Below are positions 1-14,460 of a stretch of DNA of 64,000 nt, piece after piece. Source of the DNA: Lingula anatina (Eukaryota > Animalia > Brachiopoda); contig CM120644.1 of the NCBI GenBank assembly GCA_051362555.1, positions 17,134,534 through 17,198,533 on the forward strand, read 5' to 3'. Made by a program: the position numbers and the translations under genes. Each line of letters begins with the position of its first letter. The stretch's first letter is position 1. A model generated the notes under the pieces. The model saw nothing but the letters and a program-made list of their open reading frames with translations, had not been told where the DNA came from and did no database searches.

Positions 1-304
1 CGCTAAATCATTATTCTTGTTGAAAACAATAATTTCAACAACAAACTCTAGACAAACAAGACCATATACTGTTTACTTATTCAGACATATCACCTATACA
101 GTTTAATGCAATTAAAAAGCAAATCAGACAGCTCACCCGCCTTGACCTAAAACTATACATTCCATCAAAATATAAATAAAGCTGCCAACCCTCAAAAAAA
201 TATAGCAAGGTATGGCTACCAACTGTTTAGCAATTCAGGCAGTTCACCAACCCAATACAAACAGTCAAGTGTTTTTTTAAGCACTACCAGACTTTGATAA
301 TACA

Positions 305-650
305 TTAAACCCACCAAGTGACGGTATAATAAACCCACTAGGCTGTGGTGCACTGAACCCACTAAAATGGTCCATTAAACCCAACAAGCAGTGGTACAAT
401 AAACCCACCAGGCAATAGTACAATAAACCTACCAAACATGGTTGCAATAAACCCATCAAAGAACGGTACAATAAACCCACCAAGCAGTGGTACAATAAAC
501 CCACCCAACGGTGGTACAATAAACCCACCAACGAACGGTGCAATTAACCCACCAGGCAGTGGCATATAGACCCACCAAACAGTGGTGCAATAAACACCCC
601 AAACAGCAATGCATTGAAACAAACAAGCACTGGTACACTAAACCCACATA
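305..650. repeat. 24-bp minisatellite, ~14 units
   Basis: Consensus AATAAACCCACCAAGCAGTGGTAC; explains the 8-aa periodic ORFs. Confidence 0.9.
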
Positions 651-2260
651 GCCCCAAACCTGGATGGTTATCCATTTTCACCATCCCTCCAATCAGACAT
701 CTAATGTACCCAGTCCCAGGACTTGTAAAACACTTCATCTCATTGTAAATAATACGGTAATGCAGCATCTATTTATATTCGTCCCCTGTGTGACTAGGAC
801 TACTGCCTGGCTACAGCAGCAATAATACAGGAGATTTAATTGGCTCTACTGCTATTTTTACCCAGAATTATTGATCTGAAATACACAGGAGAGGAGAACA
901 ATTTGACCCAACTCTCTGCAATACAGCAACAATAATCTTAATAAGATATTGGGTAGGGTATAATTTGATGGCATGGGAGTAAGTAAAGGTGATGGCCATG
1001 CTACAGACGGAAACAATGCACAAAATAATGAGGATATCCTTTTTCCATAAACTCACATGCAATATCTCCATACTGCATAAATTCAATTTGGAGCCAGTGT
1101 TAGAGGAATGAGAGCTGCCTCTTTCCTTTTGATTTTCAATGCCATCTTAACTCATCTTTTTAAGTCAATAAGACCACAAAAATAAATTGTTTAGAGAGAT
1201 ATTAAAATGTCAAAAATGATAATATCACCATACATATTTTTTTCTAACATAAAAATCAAGTTTATAGTAGAAAATTAGTTAACATGAATCTTAACAGTAA
1301 ACCCACAATAGTGACTGAGAGAAAAATACAAAATGTCTTCAGAATTCCTCGATTTACTATTAACAGTACATGTGCATAAAAAACAGCAAGGAAACTTCCA
1401 CAAACTATTAGTCGGAAGACCAGAAAGCACTATTCTACCTGGCCAAGGCAAGATGTACCTACAACTTGCTCTACAACTAAGCTGTCAAATAAAATGAGCA
1501 CATAACCAGATAAAATTACCAGGAAAAGCTGCAGTTCCTGCAATTACCAAGATTCTGTGCTAAAAATGGACACTCGACTTCCTTCTGCTGCACAAGACGG
1601 ATGGTTTCGAATGCAGAACCTTTTTTTCGTCTAAAAGCAAACACATACTCCAGCCATAACAGAAGCACCTCATTTTGCCTTTTGGCATTTTACAAGAGGA
1701 GACGAGTTTACAGAGAGTTTTTAAACTCTGAATGGCAGAGATTAAAGGATGGTTCAAAGCAGGAGAGCATCAGACTCTGATATTAAACTCAAGCACCAGT
1801 TATGCACTTTCCATCTGAGATATTTAAGAATTTGGTGTTGCACTACCATGAGACTGAAGGCATGCTATAAACAGTATAAGCCAAATTACAAAAAAAAATC
1901 TCATCATATCACATCAGCATTAAAATGAATACATTTATTGTTTGTATCTGCATTTTCGCATGTATGCGCGGGTTTATGCATGCTGGTGCACACATAACAA
2001 CTACGAAGATGCAGGCATGTATGCTTTCGAATAGCACATATCTTTTATATCAAGCGCAGGCATGAAATGATGCTGCTGCATGGTTTGATATTGGAAACAT
2101 GTACACTTTTCTTTATCATGTATGTCATGAGCCTTGAATTTCTGTTTGAACGAGCAACTGATAAGAAGACTATTCTCCGAGCAAGCCTGACCTTATCAAG
2201 GTGAAGAGAGTTCCTAGTCTATCTATAAACCTATCTGTAACACACTGCCATATCAATATA

Positions 2261-2294
<34 letters not shown>

Positions 2295-3286
2295 GGTGTG
2301 TCACAGGAAAATATCAATAGACCAATAGCGCAAAAGCAATAACCATCTTGCAGAATCCGCTAATCATTATTCATCTATTGCAAATATATCTATATCAATA
2401 GGCGCTGATCACAATAGTATGCAGGGCATCAATGTCCATTGCACTGTACTGAACAATCAAAAAGGGGCATATTGAAAAGTACATCTGCCCCAATTGTCAG
2501 GAAATTTTGAAAAGGCCAAGTTATATGCTGCACATAATTATTGGCCATAATGAGAGCTCTGTTTCACTACAAAACTTTTAAGTTGGAAACTGGTTTTAGC
2601 TAAGCCTAAAAGAAATCTCTGCCAGACAGAGAATCTATCCATTATGATGCTCATTTTGTCTTTTTAGTCTTAAAACTAAAGCAAAAAGCCAAACATCACT
2701 AGTCTAGAAACTTTTTTTTGTCAAAGTGACCTCTGATTTTTGTTTCATAGGAAAAATGGCGTATCTATTACAATAAAGGGGCAAGCTGACTGAAGACACA
2801 TTCAGCAATTAATATACAAATTAAAATTAACATATAACAGAAATTCGGATTGCTTTTGGGTAAAATCATCTCAATGCATATAAATCAGCAGTATTTACAT
2901 TCCTTGCCAGTTTTTCATAAAACATTTTAACAACAAAACCTCAACACAGATTCTTAAGAATTTTCTTTTCTTCTCAGCCTCCCAAATTATTCATAGCCAG
3001 CCGAGAAAAAAAAGAGCTTACCGGGAATGTCATAAAGCAGCCTGGGAAACTGCATAGGTATCAGGCAATGGTCCAGTGCAGCAAATTTCATCAGAGTAAA
3101 ATCAATAAATGCAGAGAAGAGCAGGCTAAATATAGCAACTCTGATTGCTTAAATGTGACATTCCGAGGACAAATAGTCCTCTGGGGAATCGGGACTTTGG
3201 TTTAACAAATGATGCAGACGACCCTGGCCGTGATGGCTGCAGAGGAGTTTCCAGGAAGAAGTACGTACCTAGAGCCCTAGAGCAAC

Positions 3287-3890
3287 GAGGAAGGTTTAAT
3301 TAGAAACAATTGTTATGATGCCCTAGATAAAATGTGCTAACATCCAGTGTAGGCAATGCCTTTAAAATGTATACTTTAAGTATGTGTGAAGAAATAGACA
3401 AGACCATAGACAAGACTGTTAGAAAACTTCAATTTTGAAAAACAAGGAAGGTTTGATTAGAAATGATTGCTATGATGCCCTCGATAAAAAGTGCTGACAT
3501 CTAGTGTAGGCAAAGCAAAAAAAAAAAAAAAATTGAATCATAAGTATGTGTGATGAAAGAGACAAGATTGTTAGAAAACTTCAATTTTGAAAAGCAACAC
3601 AAGGAAGGTTTAATTAGAAATGGTTGCTATGATGCTTTGCTTGAAATGTGTTTCTATCTAGTATAAGCATTGGCTTTAAAATAAATCACAAGTGTATGTG
3701 TGAAGAAATAGACAAGATTGTTAAAAGACTTCATACAATTTAGAAAAACAACAAAAGGAAGGTTTAATTTAAGATGGTTATGAAGCTCTACTTAAAATGT
3801 GTTGGTGACTATTACAGGCAGCTTTAAAATAATAAGTTTATGTACACATAGACAGCAGTAAAAAATGACTTCATACAACTTTGAAAAGCA
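3287..3890. repeat. ~157-bp tandem repeat, ~4 units
   Basis: AGGAAGGTTTAATTAGAAA-like motif at ~3288, 3445, 3602 and 3756. Confidence 0.85.
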
Positions 3891-4032
3891 ATACTCTTCT
3901 ATAAGCTATTCTAATTGGCCTGGCTATCATTGTGAAATACTGCCAATACACTTGTGATTTTTATCATGTTTTACAGATAAGTAATCATTTTTCTTTCAGA
4001 ATGAATTCTTTTTGTACCTTGACCTTGACTTG

Positions 4033-4222
4033 GACCCCATTTCCACAGATTTAAGATCAATCTATCCCCCTGGGGAGCCGGCTTAAATGTCTGTCCTGTC
4101 TACTAAAAGCTGTAAGGGGGTAATTAACTACCGTGCACGCTCGGCTGACAGCAATTTAGCGTGAACCCCCAGGGAGTCAGGTCAATCTAGATGGATCGAT
4201 CTAAATCTATGGGAATGCAGTC
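4033..4222. mobile_element. Palindromic MITE (same subfamily as 6193-6437)
   Basis: TIR GACCCCATTTCCACAGATTTA...TAAATCTATGGGAATGCAGTC; shared GGCTTAAATGTC core. Confidence 0.7.
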
Positions 4223-6192
4223 TTGAATATAGTGACATGTCAAGGAGCTAGCAAATGAGACAAGTTGGAACTTAAACCATGATTACCGCCAGCAATCACG
4301 CTGGTGGTACTAATATTTAATACAGCTTTCGATGTTATACGTCAACCCTGATACAGTTTTTTTTTTTACATAAAAATGTACAGGTGGATGATAGTGGATC
4401 TGAACGGTTAAATTATTAACATTGAAAAGCTCTTTGGCAATTTCATTTCATGAAGGGAGAAGTCATTTTAAATATTGATACATAAAAAGAATCAATTCAA
4501 ATCTGATTTTATAGGACAGGTAAATCTGATGGTAGAACAAAAAATAAATATTGAATTTCATTTGCCGTAGAAAAATCAATACAAACAAGGCAGTAAAGCT
4601 GTCAAATGTACACACATAAAGCAGAAACTAATAGTGATAGTGCTAAAAATAATTTTTTTTTTGTCAATTTTGATGCAATATTACATGTTTTTAACAGCAT
4701 AATCACCATCAATTTTTCATCATGTACAACAGATATCATGGACATTCAGAAATGAGATTAGTATGTGGCTTCAGGTCCATAGGGTTTCAAAAGTACTCAC
4801 TAAAAAAGCAAATGTGTGAAAAAAATTCCACAAAAAAATGCATTATGTCAAGAATTATAATCCCAACAGGTTGATTTTAGAACTTGGTCTATATTTTAGT
4901 GTCATAAATCATTCCATTGAGTTTGAGGATAACAAGTCACATACTTTTCCATACGTTTTTGTTAACAGTAGTAGTACATAGTGATGACGCAGACACTGAC
5001 AAATGCAGATAACAATTATATGTGCAAACAGACTGCATCTGTATATAAGAAGGCTACAGGTTTTAAAAAATCTGAATATTTAAATCAATAATATTGTGAA
5101 GCTCTTTGGCAATTTTTTTTATTTTTTAATTATTTCATGAAAGGGAAAGTCATTTTATGAAAGATAAAGTCATTTCAAATATTGAATCATAATAAGAATC
5201 CATTCAAAACAGAGTACATATGACAGGTAGGCCTGATGTCAGGCCTGAAAAAAATTATAAAAATAATAAAACTATACCAAAATGAGACGTTTAGAACATA
5301 AGTTCTTTTGTTATCTTTGACAGAAATACTCTAACCCGAAGATGCCAGATTGCCTTACATGTTCAAGTATTTTTAGAAATTCAACAAAGTCCAGCCTGAC
5401 AACTGCAGGATTTTCTTTTCAGACATACAGAGAATTTTTGTCAGGTAATAACCACAGCTTGTTTTCCTAGAACAGCAAATGGCAGATGAAAACCAAGCAT
5501 ATCCTATATATACCTATACCATCAACCTTTCATAAGCCACGGGCTGTAATTTTCATGGCCTTGTTCACATCAGATTTACCTTACACCTGATCTTGTTTAA
5601 AACTCAGCAACTTAACAGATTAATAACCAATAAGACAGTAGACATACACTCAACTGTATACTTCTGATAATTAACTGCATGCATGCACACATACATACCC
5701 ACACATACACAGGTCACATGTGCACACGAACGTCTTTATTTAATAATCTGATATGTTGGTGCTTCATGTAGAGACTGGCCTCAAACAACAAATTCAAGGA
5801 TTGATTCATTTTATCCAGGAGACTTATATTTGGGACCAAATTAAATCACATGTGAACACAACTTTAAACTGATTCTATAATGCATCAAATAAGAATACAG
5901 TTTGTAACAATTTCTTCCTTTGTCATTTTACTTTTTGATGAATAATCTGGCAAAGAGTTTTTTTTTTCTTACTTGGAAGCCAACTTGCAAATAAAATTCC
6001 TGATAATCCACACCTCTGTAAATGACATATATTTAAATGTATTTTATACAGGTCCTTTCATCCAGGTAATAGACTTGTCGTAAAAGTAAGAAGTCTTTTA
6101 AAATACAAAAAAAGAAATACAATATGTCACTGCAAAGAGACCTATTTACATGCAATTTAAGCAAGCAACACAATTAGCTGCCTATACACTAT

Positions 6193-6437
6193 GGGACCAT
6201 TCCCACAAATATTTGGATCAAACTATCTCCCTGGGGAGTCTCACTACATTGCTATCAACTTAATCGGCTTAAATGTCCGTCACACCTAATAAAGCTGTTA
6301 GGAGGTAATTATCTTTACCCTAGCTGATACAATAGGCATGACAGACATTAAAACCAGTTTAGTTGATAGCAATATAGTGAGACTCCCCAGGGAGTTAGAC
6401 GGATCCAGATGGATCGATCTAGGGATGGGAACCCGTC
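6193..6437. mobile_element. Palindromic MITE (family A-related subfamily)
   Basis: CTCCCTGGGGAGTCTCACTA...TAGTGAGACTCCCCAGGGAG inverted arms; relatives at 4033-4222 and 43378-43590. Confidence 0.75.
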
Positions 6438-7104
6438 TAGGATATCACCTACCTCCTGTCTGTGAGATACTAACTGAACCTTGTAGCTTCTTGAGGATCT
6501 GCAAAGAGGAAAAAGAAATCCATATATCATAACACTGCAGATGCATTAATTTATATACAACACACTCTCAAAGTCCTGCTCAAGGTCTTTATTCACAGTC
6601 ATGGATTCACATTAAGAGTTGCCTGGTTGAGTTTTGGGCAAGCAATTCTTGACCAACAGCTGTCCGACAATGCATCCGATTCCATTTTGAATATTTTTCA
6701 TTTATTGTATGTTTTACAGTGTGTTTTATGGCATTGGCTCCTCTTGGTAAACGTGTAGTTCTTTGTGTTAGTTATAAGACAGCAATAAAATATTTATATA
6801 TCATATGTTTTCTGTAATCTTTTTCTGTAAAAAAAAAAATGCAGTGAAACTGGCATATCCTTTTATATGGAATTTTTTTTAATCTAGAAGAGCAACCAAA
6901 CCACTAGGCCTGGTTTCATCAGTAGCAACTGAGTGGAAAAAAGTTTGTGTTGCCTTGACAGTGCTCACCCAGTTTAATGTGGAATCACCAAGTTCTCATT
7001 GACAACAAATCTATTTTTCTACATAGATAAATCCAACTCTGCAGGGACTCTTGCTGAATGCAATCTGATTAACATGTCTCCTCCTGTTTCCAACATTCTC
7101 ACTC

Positions 7105-7350
7105 AACTTTTTCAATGGACAAAAATGATCAGCCTTTCAGATGCATAATTACATAATAATAAAAAATTCATTTCAATGTAGTATTTGTGGAGCTTTCATT
7201 GCATAGAATAAATCTATAGAGTGACCTGCCTTTTGATTTTGTTGCTACAATTTAACAGGAATGCCTTCTTTTAATAAATTATGACTTAATAAATACCGTA
7301 TCTGTAAAATTCACAATTTTACCCCATTAGAAACATCCAAGTTACTACCC
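7105..7350 (+). repeat. Dispersed ~240-bp repeat (unclassified), 3 copies in the same orientation
   Basis: TTTTCAA..GG.CAAAAATGATCA ... AAATTCACAATTTT.CCCCATT..AAA.ATCCAAGT..TACC also at ~13488-13725 and ~38135-38410. Confidence 0.65.
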
Positions 7351-7887
7351 CAGGTCAGAAATGCACCAGTGCAGGCTAGCAAATGTGCATTGGGGCTGGT
7401 TATTATTTGGTGAGTGTTAAATTATCTGAACCCTGGACTTGTAAAACAAAACAAAAGAAAAACTATTTGCTTGAGATACCTGCTGCTTGAGATACCTGCA
7501 GGAAGATCAATATTCAACAGTCTGTGTATTTAATATCACCCTATTGTCCCCTTCCTTTTTCTGTTTTTTTAAACATCACCAATGAGTCTTTGATCAGCAA
7601 ATGAAATATTTCCAGTATAAAATCTAGCCCCATGCTGACATTAGTATTGACTGCTTATAACTTTGGCTGATAAAAATGAAATTAATATTCATTTACTTGC
7701 TAGTAGCGAAACAACTGTTCCAATCCAGCTACAAGCTATTATCATTTGTAAAATATCTCCTGCTCAGTCAGTTTTAAGATGACAAAATGCTTGATTTCAC
7801 ACATCCCCCCCCCCCCCCCCCCCCCCCCCCCCGTCTATACCCCCTCCTTCCTAATGCAATCCTTCTGCATTTCTTAATACTAACTGA

Positions 7888-8053
7888 AAGAACAGTGGAC
7901 TATCTAGTCCGCGGGTCAATTATGGCGACCCACTAAAAACCCTGCCGTCTAATCCCCCTACAGACACTGAATAGATTCCCTGAGGGAAAGTCTTCAAGTG
8001 GGGCGGCCATATTTGACCCTCGGAATAGTTAGTCTATTGTTCTGAATGCGGCC
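7888..8053. mobile_element. PIF/Harbinger-like MITE (family B), left end eroded
   Basis: Internal palindrome; right end TTCTGAATGCGGCC-TAA. Confidence 0.7.
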
Positions 8054-10414
8054 TAAGTACAACTCTAATCCAAAGGCGGAGTATAACAACAAAGAAAAAA
8101 AAACAAACACTACCAAGAGTTGGCATCTTATTCTCAAAAGTTATTACACATTTGCATACATGTATACGTACAAATACAAAACCCACCAAATCTCAGATTG
8201 CTTCTCTTAAAAGTCACCCCGTCATGGGACGAACTGCAACAGGCGAATTGAATGTAATTACAACTCCAACTCCAGATGAATAGGAAAGCTTACGGGCACA
8301 CCGCGCTAAGATCTTGTCTCTACTTCAAGTGCACCAAAAAAAAAAATGCCCCATGAACGTGATCTTATAAACTGCCTAAATCACCTTGTAAAAATCCACG
8401 CCCAAGTTCCAAAGAAACATGCATTTCCTTCTCTGAAATCACTGAATGGCCTCGGCAAAGATCTCAGGTCCTGGTCGGTAGTTAAATCCAACACGTATTG
8501 ATCTTAGAAAAATTAATGATTCATGCAGATATGAGACTTTTATCATTAAGCCCGGCATAATATTGACACAAAAGTCGGGGACTGGGCACAGAGAAGGTCA
8601 ATAGAGTTCCTGGAATTCAGGATTGAGGCATGGAGAGAGAGAAGGGAGGAGGAGGAGGAGGACAAGAGAAAGAGAGAGAAAAAGAGAGAGAAAGGAGGGG
8701 GAGGATGGGAGAGCGAGTGAGAGAGGGGGAGGGATAAAAGTGAATGAAGAGTGAATGCTTGAGGGTAAGAACTGTAAAAGAATATTCAATGGCGTATGTG
8801 TGTGTTTCTATTTGCATGAGAGAGAGAGAGAGAAAGAGTGTGTTTAAAAGAGAGAGAGAGAGAGAGAGAAACTAGTAAATGAATAACACCCACAAATAAA
8901 TCTGTGGCACTTACAAAGTATGGAAATCTTTATGATATTCACATATTGTCTCCCAAACAATGAGACACCATTATCCCATTTTCACTGTACAATTTGCTTT
9001 TGAAACAGTTAAATTTATAGATATTCCTACTCCATCCTAATTCAGATGGGTGAAAAATTGCATGCACAAGACTAACACTGAATTTCCAGAACCTTCAGAA
9101 ACTGAAACATTTCCAAGTTTGCACACAATCTGCATCTCAAAAATATAAACACACTAAAAATGCACAAGCAAAGATGGGACCATTAAAAGCCACTGGTGCA
9201 TTTCAAAAATGGAACGTTTCCACCTACATGAAAAATCCTCCTACATGTCCCCGCAGATAGAAAGTGGTCTCCTGGCAAAAAACATAAAGGCATGCAACGT
9301 GCAATTACCTCCAAATCTCTTTCAGAGGACATTTTTATGTCCCAAAAGACCACCTACTACTATCTTTGCTGTACTTTTTTTCTTTACTTACTTTACTGGC
9401 CTATTCTCTTAAGTACAAGTTTAAATTTTCTCCATCACATTACATTAGCCCTTTTTTTGCCATTGAACCCATTTTTGAGCCAATCCGACCGTTATCAATT
9501 TTGCAAATTTCCATTAAAAAACCTCCACGGACGTACAATTTATACATGAATCCAGTAATAGCACCATCTTTTTTTTGCAATAATAGTTTTACAAGAAAAC
9601 ATATATCAAACCCATTAATTCTAATTTTCAATAATCAAACTTTGTCAATTTTCATTAAACAAGTTAAATTGACTTAAACTAGTCATCAAGGAAATTCCAT
9701 AACACTATATCATTTAGTATACTTCATTCAACCATTTATGGGCATATTAAAAAAACCTGTGATATTGTTAACTTTACGATAAGACATAATTAAGACTTCA
9801 TCCAACACTCCGGAGGTCAATTTACAAATTTACAGGAGAAACAATTCTCTATAAATTTGTATGCACGTGCCTGTATAATCAAACAAATTTTCCAATGCCA
9901 CAATTAAAATATACATAAATCCATCAAATTTCCAGCATTTCTTAAAAGTGCACCCGTGACAACATCTTATCACCAAACGGCTCCGGCTTCCAGGAAGCAC
10001 TTTGAGAAGCAGACGCATAATTTCATCTCCAGCAGGCCGCCCCCTATTCCCACGAGTCCGCCTACCTCTCCCCAGGGTCCCTCCTACACCATGACGTGCC
10101 AGCAATGATGAAAGATTTAATCAAGTTACCAGTGCCCATTATTGAGTGTATCAGCCGTTTTGTAGCCAAGAACCGTTGTTCTGAGCTTCAATTACTACTG
10201 CCCGGCAAATTCAATTTTTCTATTTAGCCAGCCTGCCTGGCTCCTGATGAATGCTGGAGGGGATGAACTGTAAGAGAATATTCAATGGTGTGTCTCTGTT
10301 ACTGTTTGCCAGCTCTGACTTGGTGCTTGAACTTGGTGGTCCAATTCTTTTTCTTAATTTGTTAAAATTGCCCCAATGTTCTGCCTCATATGTTGCATAT
10401 TGGGCAATGTTTAA

Positions 10415-10503
<89 letters not shown>

Positions 10504-10520
10504 AGAAAGAGAGAGAAAGA
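10415..10520. repeat. Compound (TG)n(GA)n microsatellite
   Basis: Direct reading. Other simple repeats: (GA)n 2264-2291 and 8817-8868, poly-C 7805-7832, (CT)n(GT)n 16735-16810, (GT)n 31830-31857, (AC)n 41503-41542, (TAAA)n 61430-61478. Confidence 0.95.
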
Positions 10521-13500
10521 TCAGCTTGTCTGGGGGAGAACACCAATTACAAAACAGGATTGAGAATACAACAAATCACAAGTGCAAAAGCAATAATTTC
10601 CATGCAGGATTCAATAATCAATAATTATCTATTGCAAAATTAAAAATCTCAGGTGGGACTAAGAGATGGTAATGTATTTCATAGGCTGTTTCTGCAAGCA
10701 TAAATAGCTAACTCAACTTCTATTTGCTAACAGAATCCTGTCCAACTCTTTTACAAACCTGCTTAGCCTTAAAAATACTTTACATGAGATGTATTGTTAT
10801 CAGCAAGTATTGACTGAACAGCAATTGGATTGTTGCTCTACGTAAAATGCCAACAGCATGGATGGGATGCTCGCCATAATCACAAAGAGAGCTGGCGCCA
10901 AAGATAATACCTAACTCGTAGCTAATTTGATAAAATTGAATTTCAGTCGATAGTTTTTGGACTCCTATAACAGTCATGGCCAGCAGAATCCTAGAGCTTT
11001 ACTTGTTGTACTAATATGATTACATAAACATACTGTGGCTCCACCTATGGTCTGGTTTTTAAGTCACACTAGCCTATTGCCTGATGCCCTGCAATACGGG
11101 TGATGCAGGAGGAAGGCAAAAATATATAAGAGCGAACCTTTCTTGTATGCCTGCAACAGAACCCAATCAGTGAAGTGGAAGGTCAAAAGGAGAAGGAATC
11201 CTCATGTATAGCAGTTTTAAAAGAATCACCTTTTTGTTTTGGCCAGAAAACACATATTATGGGTTTGAAGCCTTTTCCTAAGTTAGGTCAATTATGAAAG
11301 GGGGGGGGGATTGAGTTTCAGGGGAAAAAAGAACACTTAATCTCAGGAATTGCTGGCTTAAGGATTGCAGAAAATTATAATGAACTTTCTCATGCATTAC
11401 TAACAAAAGACTCTTTGGTGTAATATAACTGATACAAATTTGCTGAGCAATTAGCATATTTGCTTTTCTTATGGCATATGCATTCTGTCCATTTTCACTC
11501 TGCACCCATGTAATGAGAGATATCAGTAAATTTGCACAATTTCCAAATATTATTCCAAGTGTGTGGAATGTGTGCATTTCTCGTAAGAAGATATTCCAAA
11601 CATCTTTAATGTTCACAAATACAGTGCACACACACTCTAGAGAAAGAAACATCAATATATAGAACTGATATTGGTGGATTATATGGTTTTACACAACTCT
11701 TACAGAATAACTTTCTACTACCATTGACCACTATTAGCCCAATGACTGACCTATTGATTTCTTCCCAATAAGTTTCCAGATATTCGACCTACTTTCTTTG
11801 CAACTTACATTAATTGTCCATTCATTTTTATTGATTTTATCCATCCACTTTTTTTTAAATATCCTTCAATTGAGTAAGATATAGCGATCCTTCTCCCTCA
11901 TCTTCTGAAAGCAAATTGGTTCCTTTAAAAATCTGTTTTTTCTAACGTCATGGATTCTTCTGTTTTTTTTTTCTTAACTATCTACTAATAAGAGTACAAG
12001 TGGTAAAGGGGCTTGGGAATTCTTCAACGTTCTAGGAAACCGTAAACAAACTTTTTCCGATCAAAGACTAGACGCACGGCTTCCAAGGACAAATGGTAAC
12101 CTAAACATTTTATCACCACGAACCAAGGCCTACAAAATGAGAAGTGAAGACATTTATTACTAAGAAAAGCTGTCACATAATTGGGCTGATATAAATATAA
12201 TGACAGAAAAGGAGGCCAAGGTAACCGTTTAAGTCAGTTCAGTTCACTGACCGTTCTTGGTCTGAGTAACTTGGGCCGAGATCGGGTTTGACATTCAGAC
12301 AAAAGATTGACCACCTGTCGGCATTTATTGGATATTGATCATGACACGAGGGTCAATATGTGTCCATATGTCCACAAGTGTCCTTTGCATTTTTTTGGAA
12401 AGAAGCTAGGTTCAGCAACTTGGTCACACTAATGGTTTACAATATTGTATGCATGCAATGACAATTATTTGAGTAAATCACACCAGTTAAGCAAATGACT
12501 CAACCAAAAACATGACATTCAGAAAAAAAATCAGTTATTACTTAAAATAAGAATGGTAACAGTTCAAGAGGGGATCAATTCATATTAGGTAAGAAGACCA
12601 ATACTAATTGCATGACTGACCGACATGGATGATCACTTCCTATATTTACTCATTCACCCCCGAATAACACCACAGCTTTCCAAACCAACCAGCCAATTTA
12701 TCAACAATTTACATAAGTCTTTGTAACTTTTAATGATATATCGGAGTCTGTCTAATCATAACATATAGGAGCCTTTGTATGTTAGATGTATTATTTCCAC
12801 TCTGACTAGTTCTAATTTATGTCCGTATTTGAACCGTAATTCCACCTTGTTCTGTGTCAAATATGTGTATCGGTGATTCTGACAAAATTTTCGAGGCCGA
12901 GTAAATTTTCAAGTTTTTACCGTACTCAACGAAAGACAGGAAAATGAAATGAATGGTGTGATTGAAGAACACAGTATACATATCCTATAAGAAATAAGAA
13001 CAATTAGGAAGTATTCAAGTGGGGGCTTTTGAGAATGGTTGGACTTTTAGTAATTGATGTCATGAAGTTAGCTTCTTTCGCCTTTTTTGTTGTGCGCAAT
13101 GTCTTTGGAAGAAATCATAAATCTGCATTCCTTTTCTCATAATATGTCAAATCATCCATCTAAACATTCCTTATTTCTTAATTTTTAATTTTTTTCTTTA
13201 TTTTTAAAACTCAGATTATAAATTAGTGATTCAATATTAAGTTAAGTTCATACTCTTGCAAAATTGTAAATTCACAGTACTGAATCTTCTGGTTGGTCAT
13301 TGTTTTCTTGTTCTATTTTTTCATCAGTTCATTTAGGGTTAACTACTTTCACAAAACATTAGTCTACATTCTCAGACCCTCAGGATAATATGAATAAATA
13401 AACATTAAAAACCCTCACCTACCAGTAAGCAATAACTGCTACTTTAATAAATGTGATTTTAACATGATACTACTGCAATTTCTCTATCTTTTCAACAGGC

Positions 13501-13849
13501 AAAAATGATCAAACAGATACCACATCATTTTAAAGCCATAAAAACCGTACTTTTGTATAGCATTTGCAGTGCTTTTAATGCATAGAATAGAACTATAAGT
13601 TATTCTGCTTTATTAGTTGCTACCAGTTGATAGGATTGCTCTTATTTTAAGAAATTAAGGCTTAAAAAATATATTATCTGAAAAATTCACAATTTTCCCC
13701 CATTTAAAAGATCCAAGTCATTACCGTAATGGTATATCTTCAATCATCCTAGGGCAGAGTATTATAACATTCCACCACGTGGACAATGCCCATGGTAGCC
13801 CGGCTCATTCTAGAACACCACAGTCCAATAATATACCAAAATTCTTATG

Positions 13850-14460
13850 GAATGCCACGATAATCACACCATTGTTTTTTGATGTAAGACAAAATTACTG
13901 TTGTGTCAAAATGCTGTCTTTTAGTGTCATGCCACCATTCTTTGTCACAACAGAGTCCTATAATGTCACAGCTTTCTTCTGTAATGACGCGATGTTGTCA
14001 CACCATTGCGCTGAATTGTTATTCAGACAACTGTTATGTAATATCACAACACTGTCTTTAAGCGTCACACCATTTTTCTTTGTAAAAAAAAAACAGAATC
14101 CAATAATGTCACAACTGTCTTCTGTAATGTCAAATTGTTGTCACACCACTAAGCTAAAATGTCACACAATTGTTACATTACCACAAGACTGCCCATTGTG
14201 CCGCGCCATTGTTCTGTGTCACAACACTATCCTATATTTTAATGTGACAGCTTTTTATCTGTACATAACGTCACACTACTGCCCTCAAGTCTCATGCATC
14301 ACCATCCTATAATGTAACAGCTTTTTTCATTACATAATGTTACATCACTGCCCTAAAGTGCCATGTACCACTTCCCTATAATGTCACCACATTGTTCTAT
14401 AAAGACAACGCGCCATTATACAATGTCGCAGCACCTACCTATATTGTCGTCATACAACTA
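13850..14460. repeat. Degenerate ~21-22-bp minisatellite
   Basis: Recurring AATGTCACA-C/ACCATTGTT motif; the overlapping 177-aa ORF is a by-product. Confidence 0.7.

Noticed and set aside
277-647. ORFs with 8-aa periodicity (LVGLLYHC / GGFIVPLL); CRISPR-like look
   Set aside because: Translations of a 24-bp minisatellite; no unique spacers, no cas genes, eukaryotic context.
4420-5240. Local ~120-bp diverged duplication (4420-4540 vs 5090-5240; similarly 21140-21265 vs 22775-22895)
   Set aside because: Ordinary old intronic duplications or repeat fragments with no coding or structural signal.
10220-10643. ORFs with CVCV/RERE/THTH runs (also 8598-8817, 16637-16968, 59992-60243)
   Set aside because: Microsatellite translations.
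13779-14312. 177-aa Cys/Thr-rich ORF
   Set aside because: Lies on a degenerate minisatellite, GTG start, no domain or splice context.
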